DNA of 64,000 bases from Scyliorhinus canicula (Eukaryota): the NCBI RefSeq assembly GCF_902713615.1, contig NW_024055487.1:205500-269499 (forward strand). The letters are read 5' to 3'. A program made the position numbers and the translations under genes. This document shows positions 19,747 through 30,910 of the stretch, in pieces (the stretch's first letter is position 1; each line of letters starts with the position of its first letter). The notes beneath the pieces were generated by a model. The model was not told the DNA's origin, made no database searches, and saw only the letters and a list, made by a program, of their open reading frames with translations.

Positions 19747-22700
19747 ATAGAACATAGAACGATACAGCGCAGTACAGGCCCTTCGGCCCTCGATGTTGCA
19801 CCGACATGGAAAAAAAAACTAAAGGCCATCTAACCTACACTATGCCCTTATCATCCATATGCTTATCCAATAAATTTTTAAATGCCCTCAATGTTGGCGA
19901 GTTCACTACTGTTGCAGGTAGGGCATTCCACGGCCTCACCACTCTTTGCGTAAAAAACCCACCTCTGACCTCTGTCCTATATCTATTACCCCTCAATTTA
20001 AGGCTATGTCCCCTCGTGCTAGCCACCTCCATCCGCGGGAGAAGGCTCTCGCTGTCCACCCTATCTAACCCTCTGATCATTTTGTATGCCTCTATTAAGT
20101 CACCTCTTAACCTTCTTCTCTCTAACGAAAACAACCTCAAGTCCATCAGCCTTTCCTCATAAGATTTTCCCTCCATACCAGGCAACATCCTGGTAAATCT
20201 CCTCTGCACCCGTTCCAAAGCTTCCACGTCCTTCCTATAATGAGGCGACCAGAACTGTACGCAATACTCCAAATGCGGCCGTACCAGAGTTTGGTACAGC
20301 TGCATCATGACCTCATGGCTCCGGAACTCAATCCCTCTACCAATAAAGGCCAACACACCATAGGCCTTCTTCACAACCCTATCAACCTGGGTGGCAACTT
20401 TCAGGGATCTATGTACATGGACACCGAGATCCCTCTGCTCATCCACACTACCAAGAATTTTACCATTAGCCAAATATTCCGCATTCCTGTTATTCTTTCC
20501 AAAGTGAATCACCTCACACTTCTCCACATTAAACTCCATTTGCCACCTCTCAGCCCAGCTCTGCAGCTTATCTATGTCCCTCTGTAACCTGCAACATCCT
20601 TCCGCACTGTCTACAACTCCACCGACTTTAGTGTCGTCTGCAAATTTACTCACCCATCCTTCTGCGCCCTCCTCTAGGTCATTTATAAAAATGACAAACA
20701 GCAACGGCCCCAGAACAGATCCTTGTGGTACGCCACTCGTAACTGAACTCCATTCTGAACATTTCCCATCAACTACCACTCTCTGTCTTCTTTCAACTAG
20801 CCAATTTCTGATCCACATCTCTAAATCACCCTCAATCCCCAGCCTCCGTATTTTCTGCAATAGCCGACCGTGGGGAACCTTATCAAACGCTTTACTGAAA
20901 TCCATATACACCACATCAACTGCTCTACCCTCGTCTACCTGTTCAGTCACCTTCTCAAAGAACTCGATAAGGTTTGTGAGGCATGACCTACCCTTCACAA
21001 AACCATGCTGACTATCCCTAATCATATTATTCCTATCTAGATGATTATAAATCGTATCTTTTATAATCCTCTCCAAGACTTTACCCACCACAGACGTTAG
21101 GCTCACCGGCCTATAGTTACCGGGGTTATCTCTACTCCCCTTCTTGAACAAAGGGACCACATTTGCTATCCTCCAGTCCTCTGGCACTATTCCTGTAGCC
21201 AATGATGACCTAAAAATCAAAGCCAAAGGCTCAGCAATCTCTTCCCTGGCTTCCCAGAGAATCCTAGGATAAATCCCATCCGGCCCCGGGGACTTATCTA
21301 TTTTCACCTTGTCCAGAATTGCCAACACTTCTTCCCTACACACCTCAATGCCATCTATTCTAATAGCCTGGGTCTCAGCATTCTCCTCCTCAATATTATC
21401 TTTTTCTTGAGTGAATACTGACGAAAAGTATTCATTTAGTATCTCGCTTATCTCCTCAGCCTCCACACACAACTTCCCACCACTGTCCTTGACTGGCCCT
21501 ACTCTTACCCTAGTCATTCTTTTATTCCTGACATACCTATAGAAAGCTTTTGGGTTTTCCTTGATCCTACCTGCCAAAGACTTCTCATGTCCCCTCCTTG
21601 CTCGTCTCAGCTCTCTCTTTAGATCCTTCCTCGCTTCCTTGTAACTATCAAGCGCCCCAACTGAAACTTCACGCCTCATCTTCACATAGGCCTCCTTCTT
21701 CCTCTTAACAAGAGATTCCACTTCTTTGGTAAACCACGGTTCCCTCGCTCGACCCCTTTCTCCCTGCCTGACTGGTACGTACTTATCAAGAACATGCAAT
21801 AGCTGTTCCTTGAACAAGCTCCACATATCCAGTGTGCCCAACCCTTGCAGCCTACTTCTCCAACCAACACATCCTAAGTCATGTCTAATGGCATCATAAT
21901 TGCCCTTCCCCCAGCTATAACTCTTGCTCTGCGGGGTATACTTATCCCTTTCCATCACTAACGTAAAGGTCACCGAATTGTGGTCACTGTCTCCAAAGTG
22001 TTCACCTACCTCCAGATCTAACACCTGGCCTGGTTCATTACCCAAAACCAAATCCAAAGTGGCCTCACCTCTTGTTGGCTTGTCAACATATTGTGTCAGA
22101 AAACCCTCCTGCACACATTGTACAAAGAACGACCCATCCAATGTACTCGAACTATATCTTTTCCAGTCAATATTAGGAAAGTTAAAGTCTCCCATAACAA
22201 CTACCCTGTTACTTTCGCTCTTTTCCAGAATCATCTTCGCCATCCTTTCCTCTACATCTCTAGAACTATTAGGTGGCCTATAGAAAACTCCCAACAGGGT
22301 GACCTCTCCTTTCCTGTTTCTAACCTCAGCCCATACTACCTCGGAAGAAGAGTCCCCATCTTGCATCCTTTCTACCACCGTAATACTGTCCTTGACTAGC
22401 AGCGCCACACCTCCCCCTCTTTTGCCCCCTTCTCTGACCTTACTAAAGCACCTAAACCCCGGAACCTGCAACAACCATTCCTGTCCCTGCTCTATCCATG
22501 TCTCTGAAATGGCCACAACATCGAAGTCCCAGGTACCAACCCATGCTGCCAGTTCCCCTACCTTATTTCGTATACTCCTGGCATTGAAATAGACACACTT
22601 CAAACCACAGACCTGAACACTGCCGCCCTCCTGCGAAGTCAAAACTGTGCTCCTGACCTCTCTACTCTCAATCTCTCGCACCCCAAAACTACAATCCAGG

Positions 22701-22880
22701 TTCCCATGCCCCTGCTGAATTAGTTTAAACCCCCCCAAAGAGTACTAACAAATCTCCCCCCCAGGATATTGGTGCCCCTCAGGTTCAGATGTAGGCCATC
22801 CTGTCTATAGAGGTCCCACCTTCCCCAGAAAGAGCCCCAGTTATCCAGAAATCTGAATCCCTCCCGCCTGCACCATCCCT
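19747..22880 (-). mobile_element. Young CR1 LINE, 5'-truncated within ORF1, inserted in an older CR1
   Basis: (TTCTATG)n tail at 19747, intact ORF2, and the end of ORF1 (GFRFLDNWGSFWGRWDLYRQDGLHLN, SGNH-esterase-like) at 22720-22880. Confidence 0.9.
19835..22738 (-). CDS. CR1 ORF2 (APE endonuclease + reverse transcriptase), 967 aa, uninterrupted
   Basis: Motifs YFNARS, ISETW, GDFN, SDH, KAFDKV, GVPQGSVLGP and KFADD; no stops. Confidence 0.9.
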   Translation of the reverse strand: MGGFKLIQQGHGNLDCSFGVREIESREVRSTVLTSQEGGSVQVCGLKCVYFNARSIRNKVGELAAWVGTWDFDVVAISETWIEQGQEWLLQVPGFRCFSKVREGGKRGGGVALLVKDSITVVERMQDGDSSSEVVWAEVRNRKGEVTLLGVFYRPPNSSRDVEERMAKMILEKSESNRVVVMGDFNFPNIDWKRYSSSTLDGSFFVQCVQEGFLTQYVDKPTRGEATLDLVLGNEPGQVLDLEVGEHFGDSDHNSVTFTLVMERDKYTPQSKSYSWGKGNYDAIRHDLGCVGWRSRLQGLGTLDMWSLFKEQLLHVLDKYVPVRQGERGRAREPWFTKEVESLVKRKKEAYVKMRREVSVGALDSYKEARKDLKRELRRARRGHEKSLAGRIKENPKAFYRYVRNKRMTRVRVGPVKDSGGKLCVEAEEISEILNEYFSSVFTQEKDNIEEENAETQAIRIDGIEVCREEVLAILDKVKIDKSPGPDGIYPRILWEAREEIAEPLALIFRSSLATGIVPEDWRIANVVPLFKKGSRDNPGNYRPVSLTSVVGKVLERIIKDTIYNHLDRNNMIRDSQHGFVKGRSCLTNLIEFFEKVTEQVDEGRAVDVVYMDFSKAFDKVPHGRLLQKIRRLGIEGDLEMWIRNWLVERRQRVVVDGKCSEWSSVTSGVPQGSVLGPLLFVIFINDLEEGAEGWVSKFADDTKVGGVVDSAEGCCRLQRDIDKLQSWAERWQMEFNVEKCEVIHFGKNNRNAEYLANGKILGSVDEQRDLGVHVHRSLKVATQVDRVVKKAYGVLAFIGRGIEFRSHEVMMQLYQTLVRPHLEYCVQFWSPHYRKDVEALERVQRRFTRMLPGMEGKSYEERLMDLRLFSLERRRLRGDLIEAYKMIRGLDRVDSESLLPRMEVASTRGHSLKLRGNRYRTEVRGGFFTQRVVRPWNALPATVVNSPTLRAFKNLLDKHMDDKGIV

Positions 22881-22884
22881 GACA

Positions 22885-23380
22885 TCCCCCTATATCTTCC
22901 ACCATTCACCTTAAATTTATGTCTCCTTGTAATGGTTTGTTCCACCCGGGGAAAAGGTCTCTGACTGTCTACTCTATCTATTCCCCGGTCATCTTAAAAA
23001 CCTCTATCAAGTCGCCCCACATCCTTCTCCGTTCTAATGGGAAAAGGCCTAGCACCCTCAACCTTTCCTCATAAGACCTGCTCTCCATTCCAGGCAACAT
23101 CCAGAGAGTGGTGAATCTGTGGAATTCGCGACTATAGAAAGTAGTTGAGGCCAAAATGTTGTGTAATTTCAAGAAGGGATTAGATACAGTTCTTGGGGCT
23201 AAAGGAGTAGGGATGTGTTATTGCAATTGAATAGGCATTGGTGAGGCCACACCTGGGCTACTGTGTCCCCTTTAGATATCCTTATCTGAGGAAGGATGTT
23301 CTTGCTATGGAGGGAGGGGAGGTTGACCAGGCTGATTCCTGGGGTGGCGGGACTGTTGTATGAGGAGAGACTAAGTCATT
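22885..23380. mobile_element. Older CR1 fragments
   Basis: Degenerate CR1 C-terminal motifs on both strands. Confidence 0.55.
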
Positions 23381-23485
23381 ATGCTGGGCATTGCCCCGCT
23401 GTCTCTCCCCCCTCCTCCCCCTTCCAGAAAGTCTGATCTAAAGAGGGACTGGAACCTCCACTCAATTGTCTCCTCTGTCCTGCAG

Positions 23486-23797
23486 GCACCCTGACTGAAT
23501 CAGCAGCCATTGACCAGCCAGAGGTAGAGCTGAGTGTCCAGCAGGGAGGCAGCGTCACCATCACCTGCTCCTACACAGGGGTGCGGAGAGCTTGCCTGTT
23601 TTGGTGCCGGGGCCCCCTCTCCCTGGGGGGGAGCCTCCAGTACATTCTCATCCGCTGCACAGATGGATTCAGTGACAGTGCCGGCTACTCCAGGAGCCGC
23701 TTCACCTCGTCCCTGACCAAAACCTACAGAGTCGTCAGTCTCACAGTCTCCCAGGTGTCGGCCGCGGACTCCGGGATGTATTTTTGTGTCTTAAGCA
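23486..23797 (+). CDS. TCR alpha/delta-type V exon with three non-canonical cysteines; leader not found
   Basis: After a CTGCAG acceptor: GTLTESAAIDQPE...TITCSYTGVRRACLFWCRG...YILIRCTDG...RFTSSL...ADSGMYFCVLS, open frame. Confidence 0.8.
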
Positions 23798-23836
23798 CAC
23801 AGTGGTGCATTCAGGGAAACAGACTGTACATAAACT
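23798..23836 (+). other. 23-RSS
   Basis: CACAGTG + 23 nt + ACATAAACT. Confidence 0.9.
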
Positions 23837-23939
23837 GAAGGTGCTTCTCCCAGACAGCGAGAACTCTGGACCACATGTGTAATCCCAATGCCCAGTGTCA
23901 GTGTGTGGGCCTGTTGTAATGGTCCAGCGTGGACACGGG

Positions 23940-24630
23940 GATAGACAGGCAGACAGACAGGCAGATAGATTCGCAGACACTTAGAGAGAGCCACAGACAC
24001 AGAGAGATTCAGACACTTAGTGGGATTTAGATACTTAGAGAGATTCACAGGCACTGAGAGAGATTGAAAGACACATAGAGAGATTTACAGACACTTAGAG
24101 AGAGACACAGGCACTGAGAGAGATTCACAGACACTGAGAGAGATTCACAGACACTTAGAGAGATTCACAGACACTTAGAGAGAGTCACAAACACTGAGAG
24201 AGAGTCACAGAAACTGGGAGAGAGTCACAGACACTTAGAGAGAGTCACAGAAACATAGAGAGATTCACACACACTGATAGAGAGTCACAGACACTTAGAG
24301 AGAGTCACAGAAACATAGAGAGATTCACACACACTGAGAGAGAGTCACAGACACATAGAGAGATTCACACACACTGAGAGAGAGTCACAGACACATAGAG
24401 AGGGTCACAGACACTTAGAGAGATTCAGACACTGAGAGAGAGTCACAGACACTGAGAGAGAGTCACAGACACGTAGAGAGAGTCACAGACACTTAGAGAG
24501 AGTCACAGACCCTGAGAGAGAGTCACAGACACTTAGAGAGAGTCACAGGCACTTAGAGAGAGTCACAGACACTGAGAGAGAGTCACAGACACAGAGAGAT
24601 TCAGACACTTAGAAAGATTCACAGACACAC
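23940..24630. repeat. ~20-bp minisatellite (GAGAGAGTCACAGACACTTA-like)
   Basis: Dozens of imperfect tandem units. Confidence 0.9.
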
Positions 24631-25161
24631 CGACCGATGCGTTAACACACTAAACAGATATATGGTCACGACACAGATGGATATGTAGACACACCAACTG
24701 ATGGATTATCAACCGAAGGAGATTTGGAGGGGATTTGTGAAGAAGTCCTTTTGTCCCATGGGGTACAGGGAGATTGGAAGCCACTGAATGAATGGCTGAC
24801 AGAGGAGGAATCCTCACCACATTTAAGAAGTATTTCAAACGCCATAGCAGATAAGGTTAAGGGGAAATGCTGGAAACAGGAATTCAGAACGGATGGGTGT
24901 TTGATGATCCCTAACCATAGTTCTTGTCACAACATCTGACGAAGGAGCAGTGCACCGAAAGCTTGCGATTTCACATCAACCTGTTGGACTTTAACCTTGG
25001 GAGACTTCTCTGTCTGCAGCCTGAAACCCCCCCCCCCTTGCAGTGTCGAGTGGAGAGCGGTAGATGGCGCCGTCGCCCATGGATTTGTGGCGTCTCCACC
25101 CGCCCAATCCATCGCGCGGTGGATTAACACCAGCGATGTGTGAGTGTCGATATGGCGATTA

Positions 25162-25388
25162 TTTTCTTTTATGAATTTAGAGTACCCGATTCATTTTTTC
25201 CAATTAAGGGGCAATTTAGTATGGCCAATCCACCTACCCTGCACATCTTTGGGTTGTGGGGGCGAAACCCACACAGACACGGGGAGAATGTGCAAACTCC
25301 ACACGGACAGTGACCCAGAGCCGGGATCGAACCTGGGATCTCAGCGCCGAGAGGCTGCAGTGCTAACCCACTGCGCCACCCGTCTGCT
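25162..25388 (-). mobile_element. tRNA-derived SINE
   Basis: Head with GGTTCGATCCCGG, shark SINE core and A-rich tail. Confidence 0.75.
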
Positions 25389-25659
25389 CTTGATGTGGTC
25401 ATTATCAACAATGAGAATGCGCTGGATTTGTTTAACAGAGACTTAGCTGACACTGACTCTGCATTGATGAGGATGTGGTCGAGTGTTGACAGTGTCTCCC
25501 AGTTCTGGCAGCCAATAGTGTGTGTCTTGTCAAACCCGCCCTCTCTGTACAAACCCTTGCGAGTGGAGGATGAGGATCCATCGATCTGCCCAGTGCTCTG
25601 TTCTGTGAGTGACTGGAGGGAGGCATAGAGGGGTGTGCCTCAACACAGGCTCTAGGAGC

Positions 25660-26129
25660 ATGGAGTCAGTCCTAACTCTCAGTGTCTTTCTTCCCTTCTT
25701 AACCTGTGAGTAGATGGATATTTTCAAAGAATTTGCCACCTGTCTGTTTTGCATTAACCGCTCCTTGAGGAGTTACACAAACTGGATTCACCTCACTTTA
25801 ATGTTTGCTTCTTCACTATTACAGGTATCCAGGCGGAAGTGGTGTTGACCCAGCCTGAGGCAGAGACGGGGATCGCAGGGAGTACCCTGACCCTGTCCTG
25901 TAAGACCAACGGGTTTGACCTTGGGGACTACGACATGTACTGGTACCGACACATTCCCGGGAAGGGCCTGGAATGGTTAGCTTATTACTATTCTGAAAAT
26001 GACAAGAATTACAATCCAGCCCTTGATGGACGAGTTACTGCTTCCAAGGACCTTTCAAACAACATATTCTCCCTCTCTATCAGGACATTAACAGTAATAG
26101 ACAAAGCTACTTACTACTGTGCACGTTGG
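25660..26129 (+). CDS. IgH-like V gene 1 (leader 25660-25705, V exon 25825-26129)
   Basis: 46-nt phase-1 leader MESVLTLSVFLPFLT and GT-AG intron; EVVLTQPEAETG...LSCKTNGFDLGDYDMYWYRHIPGKGLEWL...SKDLSNNIF...TYYCAR. FR2 GKGLEW and the FR3 pattern resemble shark VH. Confidence 0.9.
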
Positions 26130-26168
26130 CACAGTGAGACAGGTCACGTCCAGCCCTGTGCAAAAACC
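26130..26168 (+). other. 23-RSS
   Basis: CACAGTG + 23 nt + GCAAAAACC. Confidence 0.9.
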
Positions 26169-26279
26169 CACAATGAGGAAATGTGGTCATTTCCCGCAGT
26201 ATCTCACAGCAATCACTCCACCATCCATATCATTTCATAGAAACAAATCGACCAGCTGGAGTTGACGGTTTAGTTTCAA

Positions 26280-26935
26280 AGAACAAAGAAGAATTACAGC
26301 ACAGGAACAGGCCCTTCGGCCCTCCAAGCCTGCACTGATCCAGATCCTCTATCTAAAACTGTCGCCTATTTTCTAAGGATTTGTATCCCTCTGCTCCCCG
26401 CCCATTCATGAATCTGTCTAGATACATCTTAAATGAAGCTATCGTGCCCGCCTCTAGCACCTCCGCTAGCGATGCATTCCAGCCGCCCACCACCCTCTGC
26501 GTAAGGAACTTTCCATGCATATCTCCCTTAAACTTTTCCCCTCTCACCTTGAACTCGTGATCCCTAGTCATTGACTCCCCCACTCTGGGAAAAAGCTTGT
26601 TGCTATCCACCTTGTCTATACCTCTCATGATTTTGTAGACCTCAATGAGGTCCCCCCTTCAACCTCCGTCTTTCTAATGAAAATAATCCTAATCTACTCA
26701 ACCTCTCTTCATAGCTAGCGCCCTCCATACCAGGCAACATCCTGGTGAACCTCCTCTGCACCCTCTCCAAAGCATCCACATCCTTCTGGTAATGTGGCGA
26801 CCAGAACTGCACACAGTATTCCAAATGTGGCCTAACCAAAGTCCTATACAACTGTAACATGACCTGCCGACTCTTGTACTCAATACCCCGTCCGATGAAG
26901 GCAAGCGTGCTGTATGCCTTCTTGACCACTCTATC
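26280..26935 (-). mobile_element. CR1 3' fragment (co-duplicated at ~28648-29325)
   Basis: LVRPHLEYCVQFWSPHYQKD... motifs and an (AACAAAG) tail. Confidence 0.85.
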
Positions 26936-28030
26936 GTTTGTATGTTTCGCTCTATTTCGATGCAACTTTTGCCTCCCCACCCTAATAACGCCCAGCTGTG
27001 GGGAAGATGTGCTCAGCTTTGGGGAGCCAATAAACAAAGTATAGTCATTTTAAAAAAACAAATTAGGGACAGAGGGATTTGTGGACAAATCATTCACCCA
27101 GAGAGTTGGGAACCTGAACCTCTGCCTTGAAGGCAGGGTTTCAGGTTGCATGGACATTTGAAACATCATAGTGTATAAGGCTATCCAGTGTTGGGAAATA
27201 GGATTAGAGTAGAGAGTGTTTGATGGTCCCCAATCACAGCTATTCTCTTGGCAGCTATCTGCTCAATCTAGAAGATGCTCAACAGGAACGTCGAAAGGCA
27301 CACGAGGCAAACCGTTCAGAACCATCGCCACTGCCATCTAGAAGGACAAGGGCAGTAGATACCTGGGAACAGCACCAACTAGAGGTTCCCCTCCGAGTCA
27401 CTCACCAGGGGGACTAATAATATTCCCCAGACTCTCCACATAACTGCAAAATACAAGGTTTGTTGGCACAGTTGGGATACGGAATTCCCGAGCTAAATGG
27501 ATGGTGGAGCAGATTCAGCAATAACTTGCATTGAATATTAAATATACGGTTGAACAGGTCAATTTTGTTGCCGGAGTGGGGTCTAATGCCCATCGAAGTT
27601 TACTTGTGTATCTCTGACAGATACAAACAGTAATTTTGATCTGACTGTAATTTTAACACCAAGCCGCATTAAAACATTCGACTAACACAGACGTGCACCA
27701 GTCACTAAAGGAGATTTAAGTTCCTGCTGGTATTGTTAACTGGAACATTAGGAATGTGCTTCAAATCGCTTCATTTAGCAATGGGTTATTGCTGACCTTA
27801 TGTAACAGAGACTTTGCTGGGGCTCGCTCAGTATTGATGAGGATGTGGTCGTGTGTTGACAGTGTCTCCATGTTCAGGCAGCCAATAGTGTGTGTCTTGC
27901 CAAACCCGCCCTCTCTGTACAAACCCTTGCGAGTGGAGGATGAGGATCCATCAACCTGCCCAGCGCTCTGTTCAGTGAGTGACTGGAGGGAGGATAGAGG
28001 GGTGTCTGCCTCAACACAGGCTCTAGGAGT

Positions 28031-28498
28031 ATGAAGTCAGTTATATCTCTCAGTGTGTTTCTATGCGTCTTATCCTGTGAGTTGATGGATATTTTCAGAA
28101 TTTGTAAAGTCTCTGTGTTCCATTAATCTCTCCTTAGAGAGTTACAGAAACTGGATTCACCTCACTATAATATGTGCCTTATCCATTTTACAGGTGTCAA
28201 GGCGGAAGTCGTGCTGACCCAGCCAGAGGGAGAGAAGGGGGTCGCAGGCCAATCACTGACCCTGTCCTGTAGAACCAGCGAGTTTGACCTTGGGAGCTAC
28301 TCCATGTACTGGTACCGACACAGTCCCAGGAAGGGCCCGGAATGGTTAGCTCGTTACTATTCTGAAAATGACAAGAACTACAATCCAGCCCTTGATGGAC
28401 GAGTTACTGCTTCCAAGGACCTTTCAAACAACATATTCTCCCTCTCTATCAGGACATTAACAGTAATAGACAAAGCTACTTACTACTGTGCACGTTGG
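28031..28498 (+). CDS. IgH-like V gene 2 (leader 28031-28076, V exon 28194-28498)
   Basis: MKSVISLSVFLCVLS leader; EVVLTQPEGEKG...SCRTSEFDLGSYSMYWYRHSPRKGPEWL...TYYCAR, intact. Confidence 0.9.
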
Positions 28499-28537
28499 CA
28501 CAGTGAGACAGGTCACGTCCAGCCCTGTGCAAAAACC
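28499..28537 (+). other. 23-RSS
   Basis: CACAGTG + 23 nt + GCAAAAACC, identical to the RSS of V gene 1. Confidence 0.9.
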
Positions 28538-30403
28538 CACAATGAGGAAATGTGGTCATTTCCCGCATTATCTCACAGCAATCACTCCACCATCCATATC
28601 ATTTCATAGAAACAAATCGACCAACTGGAGTTGACGGTTCGATTTCAAAGAACAAAGAAGAATTACAGCACAGGAACAGGCCCTTCGGCACTCCAAGCCT
28701 GCACTGATCCAGATCCTCTATTTAAAACTGTCGCCTATTTTCTAAGGATCTGTATCCCTCTGCTCCCTGCCCATTCATGTATCTGTCCAGATACATCTTA
28801 AATGAAGCTATCGTGCCCACCTCTAGCACCTCCGCCGGCAATGCATTCCAGCCGCCCACCACCCTCTGCGTAAAGAACTCTCCACGCATATCTCCCTTAA
28901 ACTTTTCCCCTCTCACCTTTAACTCGTGACCCCTAGTCATTGAGTTCCCCACACTGGGAAAAAGCTTGTTGCTATCCACCTTATCTATACCGCTCATGAT
29001 TTTGTAGACGTCAATGAGGTCCCCCCTTCAACCTCTGTCTTTCTAATGAAAATAATCCTAATCTACTCAACCTCTGTTCATACATAGCGCTCTCCATACC
29101 AGGCAACATCCTGGTGAACCTCCTCTGCACCCTCTCCAAAGCATCCACATCCTTCTGGTAATGTGGCGACCAGAACTGCACGCAGTATTCCAAATGTGGC
29201 CTAACCAAAGTCCTATACAACTGTAACATGACCTGCCGACTCTTGTACTCAATACCCATCCGATGAAGGCAAGCATTCCGTATGCCTTCTTGACCACTCT
29301 ATCGTTTGTATTTTTAGCTCTATTTCGATGCAACTTTTGCCTCCCCACCCTAATAACGACCAGCTGTGGGGAAGATGTGCTCAGCTTTGGGGAGCCAATA
29401 AACAAAGTATAGGCATTTAAAAAAAATAAATTAGGGACAGAGGGATTTGTGGACAAATCATTCACCCAGAGAGTTGGGAACCTGGAACTCTGCCTTGAAG
29501 GCTGGGCTTTGAGGTTGCATGGACATTTGAAACATCATAGTGTATAAGGCTATCCAGTGTTGGGAAATAGGATTAGAATAGAGAGTGTTTGATGGTCCCC
29601 AATCACAGCTATTCCCATGGCAGCTATCAGCTCAATCTAGAAGATGCTCAACAGGAGCGTCGAAAGGCACACGAGGCAAACCATTCAGAACCATCGCCAC
29701 TGCCATCTAGAAGGACAAGGGCAGTAGATACCTGGGAACAGCACCATCTAGAGGTTCCCCTCCCAGTCACTCACCAGGGGAACTAAAAATATCCCCCAGA
29801 CTCTCCACATAACTGCAAAATACAAGGTTTGTTGGCACAGTTGGGATACGGAATTCCCGTGCTAAATGGATGGTGGAGCAGATTCAGCAATAACGTGCAT
29901 TGAATATTAAATATACGGTTGAATAGGAGCTCAATGCTGTTGACGGGGTGGGATCTAATGCCCATCGAAGTTTACTTGTGTATCTCTGACAGATACAAAC
30001 AGTAATTTTGATCTGACTGTAATTTTAACACCAAGTCGCATTAAAACATTCGACTAAGACAGACGTGCACCAGTCACTAAAGGAGATTTAAGTTCCTGCT
30101 GGTATTGTTAATTGGAACAGTAGGAATGTGCTTCAAATCGCTTCATTTAACAATGGGTTATTGCTGACTTTATGTAACAGACTCTTTGCTGGGGCTCGCC
30201 CAGTACTGATGAGGATGTGGTCGTGTGTTGACAGTGTCTCCCTGTTCAGGCAGCCAATCGTGTGTGTCTTGCCAAACCCGCCCTCTCTGTACAAACCCTT
30301 GCGAGTGGAGGATGAGGATCCATCAACCTGCCCAGCGCTCTGTTCAGTGAGTGACTGGAGGGAGGGATAGAGGGGTGTCTGCCTCAACACAGGCTCTAGG
30401 AGT

Positions 30404-30871
30404 ATGGAGTCAGTCATATCTCTCAGCGTGTTTCTATGCGTCTTATCCTGTGAGTTGATGGATATTTTCAGAATTTGTAAAGTCTCTGTGTTCCATTAAT
30501 CTCTCCTTAGCGATTTACAGAAACTGGATTCACCTCACTATAATATGTGCCTTATCCATTTTACAGGTGTCAAGGCGGATGTGGTGCTGACCCAGCCAGA
30601 GGGAGAGAAGGGGGTCGCAGGCCAATCACTGACCCTGTCCTGTAGAACCAGCGGTTTCGACCTTGGGAGCAACTACATGTACTGGTACCGACAGATTCCC
30701 GGGAAGGGCCCGGAATGGTTAGCTTATTACTATTCTGAAAGTATCAATAATTACAACCCGGAGCTTGGTGGACGAGTTACTGCTTCCAAGGACCTTTCAA
30801 ACAACATATTCTCTCTCTCTATTGGGAAACTGACAATAGCAGACAGAGCTACTTATTACTGTGCTCAGAGA
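30404..30871 (+). CDS. IgH-like V gene 3 (leader 30404-30449, V exon 30567-30871)
   Basis: MESVISLSVFLCVLS leader; DVVLTQPEGEKG...SCRTSGFDLGSNYMYWYRQIPGKGPEWL...TYYCAQR, intact. Confidence 0.9.
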
Positions 30872-30910
30872 CACAGTGGAATGTATCACACTCAGCCCTG
30901 TGCAAAAACC
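30872..30910 (+). other. 23-RSS
   Basis: CACAGTG + 23 nt + GCAAAAACC. Confidence 0.9.

Noticed and set aside
23380-23430. ATG-initiated MLGIAPLSLPPPPPSR as the leader for V 23486
   Set aside because: Not hydrophobic, and the nearest GT gives phase 2 where phase 1 is needed.
23940-24630. CRISPR-like array
   Set aside because: Eukaryotic context; the units are contiguous degenerate repeats without unique spacers, and there are no cas genes.
25040-25140. CpG-rich imperfect hairpin (ATGGATT...AATCCAT) upstream of the IgH-like V cluster
   Set aside because: A 12-bp bulged stem, single copy, next to repeat debris; not distinguishable from chance.
26170-28030. D or J segments making the IgH-like V a cluster-type IgH gene
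   Set aside because: No nonamer-spacer-CACTGTG signals or WGxG motif seen; the interval is CR1/LINE debris plus the next V promoter.
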